The position numbers and the translations under genes were made by a program. Source: Candidatus Saccharibacteria bacterium oral taxon 488 (GTDB taxonomy: Bacteria > Patescibacteriota > Saccharimonadia > Saccharimonadales > Saccharimonadaceae). From it: a stretch of DNA of 32,000 bases. Positions 17,695 to 28,597 of the stretch are shown here, piece by piece. Under the pieces are notes generated by a model. That model saw only the letters and a program-made list of their open reading frames with translations, ran no database searches and had not been told where the DNA came from. Each line of letters begins with the position of its first letter. The stretch's first letter is position 1. The DNA lies in NCBI GenBank assembly GCA_010202845.1, contig CP047921.1, forward strand, positions 330,001 through 362,000, written 5' to 3'.

Positions 17695-17703
17695 ATCATA
17701 TCA
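17695..17703 (-). promoter_or_regulatory. extended -10 promoter TGATATGAT, 6 nt from ATG 17688 (leaderless)
   Basis: The reverse complement of 17695-17703 reads TGATATGAT. Confidence 0.45.
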
Positions 17704-17774
17704 TATTTGCGTTTGTACCAGATGCGACTCTATCAATTCAAGAACGGTCCATCACCTCGGTCATAGGGGTAATA

Positions 17775-17783
17775 TGCTACAAT
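17775..17783 (+). promoter_or_regulatory. extended -10 promoter TGCTACAAT, 9 nt from ATG 17793
   Basis: Reads TGCTACAAT at 17775-17783. Confidence 0.55.
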
Positions 17784-17792
17784 ATCCCAAGC

Positions 17793-19787
17793 ATGATAGC
17801 CGACATTCACATCACCGAGAAGAGTTTTGGCGACAAGACGTTGATGCGTGACGTCAAGTTTAGCGTGGACGACGGCGAGAAAATTGGCGTGGTCGGTCGC
17901 AATGGCGTTGGTAAGTCGACGCTGTTTGGGGTTTTGGCGGGCACGGATACCGACTACACCGGTGAGGTGATTTTCCGGCGCGGCATCACCGTGGCCAGTA
18001 CGGCGCAGGAGCATCATGGTCTGGGCGATCAGACGGTGCTGAGCTACATTTTGGCGGGGCTACCGGAATATGCGAGCTTAAAGAAAATTATTGATGAATA
18101 TCCCGAGACCATGGGCGATAATATGCGCAAAATCGAGGAGTATACTCAGGCGCTGGAGCGATTTGACCAGAAAGGGTTTTATCAGATTGAGGAGAAGATT
18201 GGGCGGGAGCTTGATAATTTTCAGCTGAGCGGGTGTGGCGAGCGGCCGCTTGGTTCCCTGTCGGGTGGTCAGAAGCGGCTGGTGGAGATCGTGAAGATTA
18301 TGCATGCGGAGGCGCATTTGGCGCTGATTGACGAGCCGACCAATCACATGGATTATGTGGCCAAGCAGCAGTTCATCGACTGGATGAGTTCGCAGCCGCG
18401 CCAGGCCATGCTGATCATCACCCACGACCGCGATGTGCTGGGTCGGGTGGATCGAATTGTCGAACTCAAAGACGGCCGAGCGGTCAGCTACCGCGGTAAT
18501 TATGACGCTTACCTCAAGCAAAACGCTCAGGCGACGGCGGCGGGCATGAATAATTTTGAGCAGGTCGAGAAGCGGATAACCAACCTCAAACAAAAGGTGC
18601 TGGATTATCAGCGGCTGAAGGAAAAGTCGCGCAACCCCGGTACCATCCAGAAGTTTAAGCGGCTGGAAAATGAAGCACGGGCGGAGCTGGCGGAATTATC
18701 AGAGATGGACAAGCCGACATTTTGGATCGATAAGGAGTCGGCTGGCCAGCTTGATTATAAATCGGCTGAGCGCTACGGCAAGTTCAAGGCGCGTAATATT
18801 CGCCTATCGATGAAAGACGCGGCCAGTCGCAGCCAGCATGTGTTGGTGCGGGTTGAGGATGCGGCAGTTGGCGTTGGCGAGCGGATATTGTTTGAAGGGG
18901 TAAATATTGATCTGCGTGAGGGCGAAGCGGTGGAGCTGCGCGGCCGCAATGGCGCTGGCAAGACGACGCTGATTCGGATGTTGCTGGGGCAGCGGCGAGG
19001 TTCGTACTCCAGCCTCTCTGATTCGCGGCAGAATTCGGCTCGCCCGTCTCGCAAACATCTTTCTCTTCAGGCCGGCGCGCCGCCAACTGATTCAGCTGGC
19101 GCTCTTGGCACGCCTTTGCCGGAAAGGCAAAGCCTTCAGAAAAAGAGTTTGACGAGCCAGCTCGAATGCACTCAGAAGAAATCTGAGATGCCACTCGCAT
19201 CCAACGCGTCGACTGCGGCACCTCCTGCGCTGGAGGCTGTGGAGCATTCGCGAATAGCGAGTGCTCCAGCCGAACGCTCGCGTAGTATCTCCAGTGGAGA
19301 TGCAAGCGAAAAGAGTACTCCAGCGCAGGAGCGTGGCGCTGGCGTCACCCCTATCCTCTACTCCGGCAACCTCTTCCTCGACCCGCAGGTGCGGGTGGGC
19401 GTGTACGAGCAAGAAATTGATGAGCGGTATTTGGCGGATCCATTGGAGGCAGCGATCGAGAAATTGTACCTCAGCCGCGACCTGCCGATTTCTGATACCA
19501 AAATTCGCCAATTACTAGCTGATTATCTGTTCACCGAAGCGGATCGGATGACGCCACTGGCGCGCCTGTCGGGTGGTCAGAAGGCACGCTTTCAGATCAT
19601 TGCCATGCTGGCGAATGACCCGCAGCTATTGATTTTGGACGAGCCGACCAACCACCTTGACTTACCGAGCATCGAGGAGTTAGAGACGGCACTGGCGAAA
19701 TATTCTGGCGCCATTTTGTATGTCAGCCACGATAACTATTTCCGCCAAGCAATCGGTGGCGAAGTCGTACAAATCGGTGCAGTATAA
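17793..19787 (+). CDS. ABC-F family ATPase (two ABC cassettes, no TMD) carrying an in-frame insertion of about 118 aa in NBD2
   Basis: Walker A motifs are GRNGVGKST and GRNGAGKTT. Signature motifs are LSGGQKRL and LSGGQKAR. Walker B motifs are LALIDEPTNHMD and LLILDEPTNHLD. An inter-domain linker is present. Low-complexity insert at about 18990-19346. Confidence 0.9.
   Translation: MIADIHITEKSFGDKTLMRDVKFSVDDGEKIGVVGRNGVGKSTLFGVLAGTDTDYTGEVIFRRGITVASTAQEHHGLGDQTVLSYILAGLPEYASLKKIIDEYPETMGDNMRKIEEYTQALERFDQKGFYQIEEKIGRELDNFQLSGCGERPLGSLSGGQKRLVEIVKIMHAEAHLALIDEPTNHMDYVAKQQFIDWMSSQPRQAMLIITHDRDVLGRVDRIVELKDGRAVSYRGNYDAYLKQNAQATAAGMNNFEQVEKRITNLKQKVLDYQRLKEKSRNPGTIQKFKRLENEARAELAELSEMDKPTFWIDKESAGQLDYKSAERYGKFKARNIRLSMKDAASRSQHVLVRVEDAAVGVGERILFEGVNIDLREGEAVELRGRNGAGKTTLIRMLLGQRRGSYSSLSDSRQNSARPSRKHLSLQAGAPPTDSAGALGTPLPERQSLQKKSLTSQLECTQKKSEMPLASNASTAAPPALEAVEHSRIASAPAERSRSISSGDASEKSTPAQERGAGVTPILYSGNLFLDPQVRVGVYEQEIDERYLADPLEAAIEKLYLSRDLPISDTKIRQLLADYLFTEADRMTPLARLSGGQKARFQIIAMLANDPQLLILDEPTNHLDLPSIEELETALAKYSGAILYVSHDNYFRQAIGGEVVQIGAV
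19171..19342 (+). repeat. intragenic hairpin-rich repeat element, copy 1 (in ABC-F, sense orientation)
   Basis: By direct comparison, 19267-19342 is the exact reverse complement of 28908-28983 (76/76). Recognisable homology continues to about 19171, matching about 29082. Internal inverted arms lie at 19222-19235 and 19318-19331. Confidence 0.9.
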
Positions 19788-19806
19788 GGAGTGTGCTAAT
19801 GAAAAA

Positions 19807-19836
19807 CCTGCTGCCAGTAAGGTTACAAGCAGCAGG
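19807..19836 (-). terminator. intrinsic terminator of the glutaredoxin-like gene (also shields the ABC-F 3' end)
   Basis: 8-bp stem CCTGCTGC/GCAGCAGG with an inner GTAA/TTAC. It is followed on the minus strand by TTTTT (19806-19802). Confidence 0.65.
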
Positions 19837-19859
19837 CATTGATACGTAAATAGCGATAT

Positions 19860-20147
19860 CTACTCGCTTATCAAACCATTCTTCTTCAGCGCATCCTGAA
19901 GCTTCGGCCGGTCGAATCCCAGGATAATCTCGCCGCAGATATCGGTTACCGGCACGCCTTGAAAATTGCCGCCGTTCTTGCTGAGCAATTCTTCTTTGGC
20001 GCTTGGATCAGCCTCAATGTCCTTGGCGACAAAATCAATGCCGAGTTTTTTCAACCACTCCATCTCGGTGTGGCAGAATGCGCACCAGCTGGTGCTGTAG
20101 ACAGTGACTTTAGCGTCTTGATGATTGGCCGTGTTATCTTCGCTCAT
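19860..20147 (-). CDS. glutaredoxin/NrdH-like thioredoxin-fold protein
   Basis: 95 aa. CxxC active site WCAFC follows a beta strand (VTVYST), and a GVPVT cis-Pro-type motif is present. SD AAGGAGGG lies upstream. Confidence 0.8.
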   Translation of the reverse strand: MSEDNTANHQDAKVTVYSTSWCAFCHTEMEWLKKLGIDFVAKDIEADPSAKEELLSKNGGNFQGVPVTDICGEIILGFDRPKLQDALKKNGLISE

Positions 20148-20173
20148 AACTTCCCTCCTTATGGCTTTTCTCT

Positions 20174-20182
20174 ATTGTAGCA
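20174..20182 (-). promoter_or_regulatory. extended -10 promoter TGCTACAAT with 26-nt SD-containing leader
   Basis: The reverse complement of 20174-20182 reads TGCTACAAT. The leader contains AAGGAGGG, in contrast to the leaderless genes. Confidence 0.55.
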
Positions 20183-20210
20183 TAAGTACCGACATTCCGG
20201 CAATGCTAAC

Positions 20211-20447
20211 CTAGTCTCGGGACGCGCGACTCGTTAAGTGCCAGCCGTCACACCCCCGGCAATAATACACGTCTAATTCTAGCTTTGGTGACACTAGCTC
20301 CTGCGTATCAGCCGCTCGCCTGGCGATCTGCTCGGTGGCAAAGCGGCGCTTGCGCCGGCAGGTGTCGTGATCGGTAGTTGTCAGCGTCGGCTTGACGAGC
20401 GTTCGGGCCGATTTTGGTTGGTTTTTCGGGTAATTTCGGCGTGGCAT
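20211..20447 (-). CDS. hypothetical small basic protein with C-terminal CxxC...WH zinc-ribbon-like motif
   Basis: 78 aa, with the motif YYCRGCDGWHLTS. It has its own -10 box. Confidence 0.5.
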   Translation of the reverse strand: MPRRNYPKNQPKSARTLVKPTLTTTDHDTCRRKRRFATEQIARRAADTQELVSPKLELDVYYCRGCDGWHLTSRASRD

Positions 20448-20456
20448 CTTGTCAAG

Positions 20457-20465
20457 AGTATAGCA
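20457..20465 (-). promoter_or_regulatory. extended -10 promoter TGCTATACT, 9 nt from ATG 20447
   Basis: The reverse complement of 20457-20465 reads TGCTATACT. Confidence 0.5.
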
Positions 20466-20468
20466 TGT

Positions 20469-20477
20469 TGCTATAGT
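20469..20477 (+). promoter_or_regulatory. extended -10 promoter TGCTATAGT of the ATP synthase operon, 9 nt from ATG 20487
   Basis: Reads TGCTATAGT. It is back-to-back with the divergent box 4 nt away. Confidence 0.55.
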
Positions 20478-20486
20478 GACAGAGTA

Positions 20487-20759
20487 ATGGCTGAGAGACC
20501 AAGTGTTGAGAATGGTGTAACGACAGCGACGGAAGTGGCGGCGGCTCGGGTTATTCTCGGGACGATTGGCGACACAACGTGGCGGATGTTTGTACCGAGC
20601 ATCGGCTGTACGCTACTAGGTGTATGGCTGGATAGCGTATTTGGCTTGAAGCCGTGGCTGATGTTTGCTGGCGTGGTACTTGGCTTTTTGGGCGCGTACC
20701 TGCTGGTGAATAAGCAGTTGGGACGCGTGAAACGAAAAAAGGAGCGTAAAAATATATGA
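20487..20759 (+). CDS. AtpZ/AtpI-like small membrane protein of the F-ATPase operon
   Basis: Start trimmed to ATG 20487. 90 aa with two TM helices and the pattern GVWLDSVFGLKPWLMFAGVVLGFLG. ATGA overlap with atpB. Confidence 0.65.
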   Translation: MAERPSVENGVTTATEVAAARVILGTIGDTTWRMFVPSIGCTLLGVWLDSVFGLKPWLMFAGVVLGFLGAYLLVNKQLGRVKRKKERKNI

Positions 20760-21589
20760 TGCAATTATTTGCCAGTGCCGGTCCGCACATTTCAGTCAAG
20801 GCTGATGAAGTAGCGAATGTTATGGGCGTGTCGATTACTAATTCGCACATGCTTGGCGCGCTGGGGCTGATCGTTTTAGTGTGGCTGATGTTTCGGACAC
20901 GGGCGGCAGTGCTGGGCAAGAAAAAGCATAATTTTGCGACGCGGCTGGTACACTGGACATTTGATGGGCTGTACAATACGGTTTGCCAAGTCATCCCGGA
21001 CCAGACATGGGCGCGTCGAGTGGCGCCGCTGTGCATCACTATATTCTTTTTCGTGGTGGCGCAGTATTGGCTGGGGCTGCTACCGATTGTCGGGCCGATT
21101 ACTGTGGGTAGTCATGGTACGCCGCTGTTTCGCGGTGGTGTGGCCGACCTGAATATGACGTTTGGCCTGGCTATCGTGACCATTGTCGCTGCACAAGTGT
21201 ACGCCTTCAAATACCTTGGCTTTAAGGGTAATATGGGCCGTTACTTTGTCAATCCGCTGCGCGATCCGATCATGGCGTTTGTCGGCATTTTGGAGTTGGT
21301 GGCGGAGTTTTCGCGCCTGCTGGGGCTGAGCTTCCGTTTGTTTGGTAATGTGTTGGCCGGCGAAGTGCTGCTGATCATGATCGCCTTTTTGACGCAGTTT
21401 ATTTCCCCGGCGGCGCTCCAGCCGTTCTATCTATTTGAGTTGTTTATCGGCGGTATTCAAGCGTATATTTTCTTTATGCTGTCAACGGTATTTATTTCGC
21501 TGGGGCTGGCTCACCACGACACGCACGAGCCGACTGATCATGCTCATTCACCTGCTGATACGACGAAACTCGCGGCGGCGAATGATTAG
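20756..21589 (+). CDS. atpB: F0F1 ATP synthase subunit a
   Basis: Polytopic membrane protein with the conserved LSFRLFGNVLAGE motif (essential Arg). Confidence 0.92.
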   Translation: MMQLFASAGPHISVKADEVANVMGVSITNSHMLGALGLIVLVWLMFRTRAAVLGKKKHNFATRLVHWTFDGLYNTVCQVIPDQTWARRVAPLCITIFFFVVAQYWLGLLPIVGPITVGSHGTPLFRGGVADLNMTFGLAIVTIVAAQVYAFKYLGFKGNMGRYFVNPLRDPIMAFVGILELVAEFSRLLGLSFRLFGNVLAGEVLLIMIAFLTQFISPAALQPFYLFELFIGGIQAYIFFMLSTVFISLGLAHHDTHEPTDHAHSPADTTKLAAAND

Positions 21590-21621
21590 AAAAGTAAAGT
21601 ATTAAATAAAGGAGAAATTAT

Positions 21622-21834
21622 ATGAAAGAATTAGCATTTGCACTCACCTACGCCATTCCGGCTGCGCTGGCAGCGATCGGCGCTGGTATCGTCGGCGCGG
21701 CAGCGATGAACGCGGCTGGCCGCAATCCAGAGAAAATTAACGATTTACGCACCATGATGATCCTCGGTATTTCGTTCATCGACGCCCTGGCGATTATCGG
21801 TTTCGTGGCGGCTATCGTCGGCAAAGTTATGTAA
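21622..21834 (+). CDS. atpE: F0F1 ATP synthase subunit c
   Basis: 70-aa hairpin protein with an RNPE loop. The carboxylate is in helix 2 (FIDAL). SD AAAGGAG upstream. Confidence 0.92.
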   Translation: MKELAFALTYAIPAALAAIGAGIVGAAAMNAAGRNPEKINDLRTMMILGISFIDALAIIGFVAAIVGKVM

Positions 21835-21849
21835 TTTGAGGGGTAAATT

Positions 21850-22398
21850 GTGGAGAGAATTTTGACACAATTTGCGAGTGCCGAAGCGCACGCGGCCGAA
21901 AAGGCTGACCTGTTCAGTTCACTGGGCATTGACTGGAAGCTGCTGATTTTACAAACGGTAGCGTTTCTGATCTTGCTGGTGATTCTACGCAAGTGGGTGT
22001 ATCCGCCACTGGCAGCGATGCTCGACAAGCGCGAAAAAGACATGCGCACAGCCGAAAAGGCGGCGCAGTCGGCGCGTGATAACGCTGATAAGGCTGAAAA
22101 AATGACCAATGAGCTGATGCGAAAAGCCCGGGCGGAGGCCAGCGATATTGTGGCGGCAGCGCGCGAGGAGGCAGTCTCGGTCGTTGAGCAAGCCGCAGCC
22201 AAGGCGACTGCCAAGTCCGAGACCATCGTCAGTGCGGCACAGGCGGAAATTGCTAAGGAAGTTGAGCAGGCCAAGAAAGCGCTGCACAATGAAACGCTGG
22301 AATTGGTGGCTGAGGCAACGGGCAAGGTTTTGCACGAGAAAGTTGATGCTAAGACAGACGCCAAGCTGATCGCGACTGCGGTCAAGGAGGTCGCCTAG
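21850..22398 (+). CDS. atpF: F0F1 ATP synthase subunit b
   Basis: GTG start with GAGGGG upstream. It has an N-terminal TM followed by a long Ala/Glu/Lys-rich helix. Position in the operon supports the call. Confidence 0.85.
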   Translation: MERILTQFASAEAHAAEKADLFSSLGIDWKLLILQTVAFLILLVILRKWVYPPLAAMLDKREKDMRTAEKAAQSARDNADKAEKMTNELMRKARAEASDIVAAAREEAVSVVEQAAAKATAKSETIVSAAQAEIAKEVEQAKKALHNETLELVAEATGKVLHEKVDAKTDAKLIATAVKEVA

Positions 22399-22400
22399 TC

Positions 22401-22937
22401 ATGGCGCGGACGCTTCGGCGAAAGTTGGCACGACACGCGGCCGAGCGGCTGCTGGCGGGTGACGCAGCAGTGATTGATGAATTAGCGGCGCTGATCGTCC
22501 ACGAGCGGCGCGAGCGAGAGGTTGATCTGTTGGTGCAGGATATTGAGGCGAAATTGGCCGAGCACGGGACGGTTGTGGCGACGGTGGAAAGCGCAACACC
22601 GCTGGACGAGGCGACGAAGGATGCAATTAAACGGCTACTATCATCTAACTCGGGTATGGAGTCGCTGACATCTGTGGAGGGTCGCTCTGCAGCCCGAGCA
22701 TCCAGAAAGGACGCCCGGAGCGAAGCCCGCGTACCCGAAACAGATGGTAGCGACCGTGCCACTCAGCATGTCGAACTTCCTGATACGGAAGTCCCGAGCG
22801 ATCGCATCGCTCAGGTGCGCCTGCGCGAAATCATCCGCTCCGAGTTGATTGGTGGGGTGAAAATTACCACGCCGACTCAAGTGATAGACGCGACGATTGC
22901 CAAGAAATTAAACGACTTGCGGGCGAAGAAAATCTAG
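22401..22937 (+). CDS. atpH: F0F1 ATP synthase subunit delta (OSCP), with an in-frame insert of about 55 aa
   Basis: The C-terminal OSCP pattern is [27 protein letters not shown]. Operon position supports the call. The insert lies between KRLLSS and VRLREII. Confidence 0.8.
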   Translation: MARTLRRKLARHAAERLLAGDAAVIDELAALIVHERREREVDLLVQDIEAKLAEHGTVVATVESATPLDEATKDAIKRLLSSNSGMESLTSVEGRSAARASRKDARSEARVPETDGSDRATQHVELPDTEVPSDRIAQVRLREIIRSELIGGVKITTPTQVIDATIAKKLNDLRAKKI

Positions 22938-22945
22938 GAGGAAAA

Positions 22946-24472
<1,527 letters not shown>

Positions 24473-24475
24473 TCC

Positions 24476-25353
24476 ATGCCGAGTACTCGTGCGCTGAAAA
24501 ATCGCATTCGCTCGGTGGATTCGACCAAGCAAATCACCAAGGCGATGCAGCTCGTAGCCGCTAGCAAGATGCGTCGTTCGCAAGAAGCGGACAAGGCCTC
24601 GGCTCCCTACACTATGGCAGCCGAGGAGCTGCTGAGCTACTTGGCCAGCCAGGGTGCAACTGATAATCACCCACTGTTTAAGCGCCGCAAAATTACCAAG
24701 CGTCTAATTATCGTCATTGCCAGCGACAAAGGCCTAGCCGGCGCATATAACACCAATGTCCTGAAGAAATATCTGGAGTTACTGAAGCGTGATGATGAGC
24801 GCGGCATCGAGAACTTGACCTTGACCATCGGCCGTCGGGCTTCGCAATTTGCCTCGCGTCTGAAGGATACGAAGATTATCGGTACGTACGAAGATTTGCC
24901 AGATCAGCCGTCGGGACTGACCTTTCATACGATTTTGAACACCGCCATCAGTATGTTTGAAAATGGCGAGGTTGATGCGGTGACGCTGGTGTACACGCGG
25001 TTTGTCAATAGCATGGTGCAGACAGCGGAGCTGTCGCGCTTGCTGCCGGCGGGCACCAAGGCACTGATTGATCCGAGCGAGGTCTCGAACACGGTTTCTG
25101 ATGCCAAGTACGAGCCGAGCATCCCGGAAGTGCTGGACGCCGTGGCGAATCGTTTGACGGGCGCGCGATTGCTGCAGGCGTTGCTGGACGCTCGCGCCAG
25201 TGAGCACTCTATGCGGATGATGGCTATGAAGAATGCGACGGACAATGCGTCTGATCTGGTGGATGACTTGACGCTAGCGATGAACAAAGCCCGCCAAGGT
25301 GCGATCACCCAGGAATTGGCAGAAATTTCTGGCGGCGTGGAGGCGATGGAACA

Positions 25354-25357
<4 letters not shown>
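24476..25357 (+). CDS. atpG: F0F1 ATP synthase subunit gamma
   Basis: N-terminal IRSVDSTKQITKAMQLVAASK and C-terminal ARQGAITQELAEI. Confidence 0.94.
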
Positions 25358-27274
<1,917 letters not shown>

Positions 27275-27278
27275 CCTG

Positions 27279-27704
27279 ATGAATTTGAAGCTGGTAACGC
27301 TCGGTGGTGTCAAACTGGAAGAAGCGATCTATTCGGTGACCATTCCGACGATTGATGGCGAAATTTCGGTGCTGCCGAGTCACGAGCCGCTGGTGACGGT
27401 GGCCAAGGACGGCGTGATTACCGTGCGCCGGCGCCAAGAAGACCCCGACAATCAGTTGGAGTATTTCGCGATCTCCGGCGGCGTGGTGAAAATTGATTAT
27501 TCATCGGTGCAGATCCTGGTGGACGAGGCTGACCATGGCGACGACATCATCGAGGCGGAAACTCAGGCGGCCCTAGAGCGCGCCATCAAAGCCCGCGACG
27601 AAGCCGGTGACCAAGTCGAGCGCGAGAAAGCCAAACAGCTCATCGACCGGCACATGGTGCGGCTCAAGGTTGCAGATTTGCATCGGCGTAAGCGACGACG
27701 CTAG
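27279..27704 (+). CDS. atpC: F0F1 ATP synthase subunit epsilon
   Basis: 141 aa with a beta-sandwich N-terminus (GEISVLPSHEPLVT) and a helical C-terminus. It is the last gene of the operon. Confidence 0.9.
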   Translation: MNLKLVTLGGVKLEEAIYSVTIPTIDGEISVLPSHEPLVTVAKDGVITVRRRQEDPDNQLEYFAISGGVVKIDYSSVQILVDEADHGDDIIEAETQAALERAIKARDEAGDQVEREKAKQLIDRHMVRLKVADLHRRKRRR

Positions 27705-27720
27705 GTTTGAAATGTAAGAA

Positions 27721-27752
27721 AATAAGATCTCCCGATGATAGGAGATCTTATT
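27721..27752. terminator. bidirectional intrinsic terminator between atpC and the convergent kinase-like gene
   Basis: Perfect 12-bp stem AATAAGATCTCC / GGAGATCTTATT with an 8-nt loop, and A/T-rich flanks on both sides. Confidence 0.7.
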
Positions 27753-27797
27753 CTTATATCGAGCCAGGTGAGGATCGGAAGGTATTATTCTAATCGT

Positions 27798-28595
27798 TTA
27801 CAGACCTGCCAACAAATCATTGGTGATATGGTATATATTATTTTGTTGCTTTTTTGATAATGCGCCAGCAACTAGCGATAAGTATGGGTCAAAAAAATAT
27901 GTCTTAATACACTCACTACTTGGCATTGAAGTAATATAATCAGGTAATGTTCCCATATACCAATCCATATCATCAATAATGCCGCGACAGCTTTTGTCGA
28001 AATAAGAGGAAGTAAGGTCTATTGCTCGCACGTCCCCTGTCTTTGTATGAAATGCGGTATTTTTAATTTGTGCGTCACCGTGGGCAACTCCTGATTTATG
28101 TAGTTTCGCGAGTGTTGTTGCTCCTATGAGTAGGACGCGTTGTATTTTTTCAGGATCATCTGTACGATCCGTAATTGTGTCACAACTTACGACATCACCC
28201 TCAAACATTGATATTGTATGTATAGAATTCCTGTCTGGTAGAAATCCCAGCGGCTGATATGGCCTAATGTACCCTTCACTAGTAAGCCGCTGTGTAATAC
28301 AGAATTCCGAGAGCGCAGAGGCGGCATTGCAGTGAGGCTTAAGAGCTACAGGTATGTCCGTATTACCTGTTGATATCTTTCCGAATCTGACACCACTCGT
28401 GGTGTCATGTCGTCCTATAGAATACTCTTCAATGGGAGTAAATGTCAATTTTTGACCACAGCTGACATTACTTAGCGGTGTATCATATGCTACAAGGAGT
28501 TGTCCGTTAGGCGTATTCTCTATCGCTGTACGCAGTTTTCGCTTTGGTTGACTTTGAGGGAGTGTGTCGTATACGCGTATCTCTGAAGGTAACAT
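27798..28595 (-). CDS. atypical protein-kinase-like fold protein (RIO/Kdo/APH-like)
   Basis: Motifs are VALKP (VAIK-type Lys), HGDAQIKN (HxDxxxxN catalytic loop) and AIDLT (DFG-equivalent Asp). Start is ATG 28595, 2 nt after the dus TGA, or GTG 28601 overlapping it (GTGA). GC is very low (about 33% on a sampled line). Confidence 0.7.
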   Translation of the reverse strand: MLPSEIRVYDTLPQSQPKRKLRTAIENTPNGQLLVAYDTPLSNVSCGQKLTFTPIEEYSIGRHDTTSGVRFGKISTGNTDIPVALKPHCNAASALSEFCITQRLTSEGYIRPYQPLGFLPDRNSIHTISMFEGDVVSCDTITDRTDDPEKIQRVLLIGATTLAKLHKSGVAHGDAQIKNTAFHTKTGDVRAIDLTSSYFDKSCRGIIDDMDWYMGTLPDYITSMPSSECIKTYFFDPYLSLVAGALSKKQQNNIYHITNDLLAGL

Positions 28596-28597
28596 TA

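Noticed and set aside
18990-19346. Intein, or frameshift/pseudogene, as explanations for the ABC-F and dus inserts
   Set aside because: The frame is continuous and both flanks of each host protein are intact. The inserts are short and low-complexity, with no Cys/Ser/Thr N-terminal or His-Asn C-terminal splice junctions and no endonuclease motifs.
20367-20486. GTG-initiated 40-codon extension of the atpZ-like ORF
   Set aside because: It overlaps the divergent small ORF and both promoters. ATG 20487 sits 9 nt after a TGCTATAGT box.
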